A DNA stretch of 64,000 nt, taken from Chrysomallon squamiferum (Eukaryota; Animalia; Mollusca). The DNA lies in NCBI GenBank assembly GCA_012295275.1, contig CM022665.1, positions 23,498,001 to 23,562,000 of the forward strand, written 5' to 3'. The notes under the pieces were generated by a model that did no database searches, had not been told where the DNA came from, and saw only the letters and a program-made list of their open reading frames with translations. The position numbers were made by a program, and so were the translations under genes. Positions 45,861-64,000 of this stretch are shown in pieces. How positions within the stretch are numbered: position 1 is the first letter of the stretch; every line of letters begins with the position of its first letter.

Positions 45861-46724
45861 TTTTTTTTTTTTTTTTTTATCTAACAGGTTAACTGAGAAT
45901 CACCACTGTGGCACCTAAAGATCGGTCTATACGATGCACAGTAAATATATAGAACTAGTGAAGAAATAATAAAGAACTATTCCTTCTTTTATGTGTTTTG
46001 GTAATTTTTCTGTTAAATGTAATAGCCAATGTTATTATTTTATCAAATTACAAACAAATTATTTATTGTATTTTGCCAAATAATAAATTTGCAAAAGGGG
46101 TCCACAAACAGCTTGTCAACCATCCTCTTAATTTTTATTTTTTCCTTTTTTATTATTATTATTATTATTATTATTTTTTTTTTGAACATTAATAATTCTT
46201 ATGCTTTGTACTGTTCCATTTGTTCCCATGTAGCATGGACATATTTTCATCGCACATTTTGATATACATGAAACATAAAATTATATTTGTTAAATAACTG
46301 TATGCAGTTAAAATCTGTACCACATTTCTTAGCAAAGAGTTCTCTCAGATCCTTTGTCATTTGAATTATTAATCTTTGGATGAAATGGTCGTGACGGTAT
46401 TTATAATAATTTATAATAAATAAAAACAGAAAATAATGAATGCAATAATAAGAATTAAACTGATCACATTTTAAATTTGTTGAACAATAAATACATTATT
46501 TTCTGAGTGATAATATAATCTAAGCCTGTTAATAAACATATTCCTTATTTTCAGGAGTGTTATATTCTGGGTTTCAGCTGTACACCCATCAAAAGAGGTA
46601 AATTAATTCATGATAAAATATTAAGTTTACTCAATAATATAATTATGGGACCCTGATTTTTAACAGACAGCAATGCGCACCTCACCGCAAGATGCATCAT
46701 GATATGGAACTGGGCAGATGGCAG
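45405..46724 (+). pseudogene. Candidate spliced plus-strand unit (gene relic, micro-ORF or lncRNA), product unidentified
   Basis: ATG at 45405. Exon-like blocks 45405-45458, 45530-45569, 45888-45940, 46555-46597 and 46667-46724 have good AG/GT sites, including two introns of about 70 nt. The joined frame has one internal TAA at 45890. Confidence 0.35.
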
Positions 46725-48124
46725 GTAATGGGAGAGTGACAAAAATAAGGACTGAAAATCTGAGCAACATTCAACCAGAAAATCCTGTAACAGTAACCAC
46801 CATACACCACTGATATTTTTATATATTACACATTTTACACAAGTCGATATCACAGAGAAATGAAAGACTCTTAAAGTTTCAAGTCTAATCTGTCTTTTGC
46901 AGCATCATAAACAAAAACAAAAATTACTAAGTCTGTTTTCAGAAATAATGAAAAACATTATTTTTTTCTTGATCATTTTATTTAATATATTTGATTGACT
47001 ACATATAAGATAAAAGTAGATGTTGCTTTAAGCAGTCACTCAGACCCACAAAAGGTACGAAAAAATAATACTACTAATAATACTAGTACATGTATATAAT
47101 ACTAACAATAAAGTAATAGCAATAATGGTGAAATTTCATGTAAACAGTAACAATAATAGTATTATCATTTCTTATAATTAATAAGGAAAATATCAATGCT
47201 TGCAATTATATCTCAGTAACAGTATTATAACTTGATCCATATAACCAGCAGCAATAGTAGTAGTAGAACTAATTGTAGTAATAGTTGTTGTAGTGGTAGT
47301 AGTAGCTGCAGCAGTAGTAGTATCAGTAATAGTAGTAGCAGCAGCAGTAACAGTAGTAAAAGTAATTAAACCTCTATATAACAAATAACAATAATTATTG
47401 TTCTAATTTTAAAGATGTATAATTAAAAAAAATATTTATTATTTTAAATTTAATGTTTTAAATTCACTTTATCAGTTTATCATAAAATATACTCCACTCA
47501 CACACAGAATGAATATATTACATTATGAAATAATCATTTATTTTTGGTACTTTTTCTCCCACATACTTTGTATAAAAGCATTAATAATCCTGTATATGTG
47601 GTTACCTGCAACATTATATAAAAATAAGGTTAAAAATAACCTAAATCTATCATCACAAAAATAATAACCTGAGTAAAGCAATTTTTTTTAATATACTATG
47701 ATAAAAATGAATATCATTATTTTTGTAATGATTGTACAATGGTAATAGTAATTCTTGATACAGCTACATATATAACTGTTTATATATAATACTGATACAG
47801 TAAAATTGTCATGCAGACATGTATACAGATTCATATACAATTCTTAATGCTTTATTGTAAAACTAAAAAATACTGAAAAAAAAAATATTAGAAAGATGTT
47901 TTGGTATGTCTGTTGCCATTTGTTTACCTTATCACAGTTTTCTTTTAAATTTCATTTCAAACTTATGCAAAAAAACTTCCCTAAACATTATCTGCTTAAT
48001 TTTTAGACACATTACTATTACAGTCTTCTTGATTTCTGATGTAAATAAATTTCTTAATTCCAATAATGTGAAAGTATCTGGGATACTAGATTATAGGATT
48101 TGTGTTTGAAATTCAAAACTGATT

Positions 48125-64000
<15,876 letters not shown>

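Overview
AT-rich, microsatellite-dense animal genomic DNA, most likely a mollusc (inferred from a CvSI/I84-like peptide gene and Nin-type SINE remnants). All well-supported genes are on the minus strand and were assembled by hand from splice signals. (1) The 5' part of a Vsx/Chx10-class homeobox gene (8413->5532), continuing off the window start. (2) A 3-exon gene that the ORF track misses entirely, encoding a 102-aa secreted 14-Cys peptide resembling oyster CvSI (MEROPS I84) protease inhibitors (17111->12023). (3) A complete 35-exon xanthine dehydrogenase-family gene, copy A (37800->19459). (4) A tandem paralog, copy B (>64000->48125). Between the two copies lie a decayed Gmr1-like (INT-RT-RH order) Ty3/Gypsy element, a MER46/Tigger-like MITE, a diverged duplicate of copy A's upstream region and a possible plus-strand spliced relic. 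The strongest signal is the XDH pair. Most exons are about 97-100% identical, while the segments lining the substrate pocket are deeply diverged even at synonymous sites. This looks like gene conversion blocked at the active site. Copy A has Tyr at the catalytic Glu802-equivalent, and both copies have a remodelled Phe1009/Thr1010 loop. Residue numbering is bovine XOR, aligned by eye from memory; no database searches were run.
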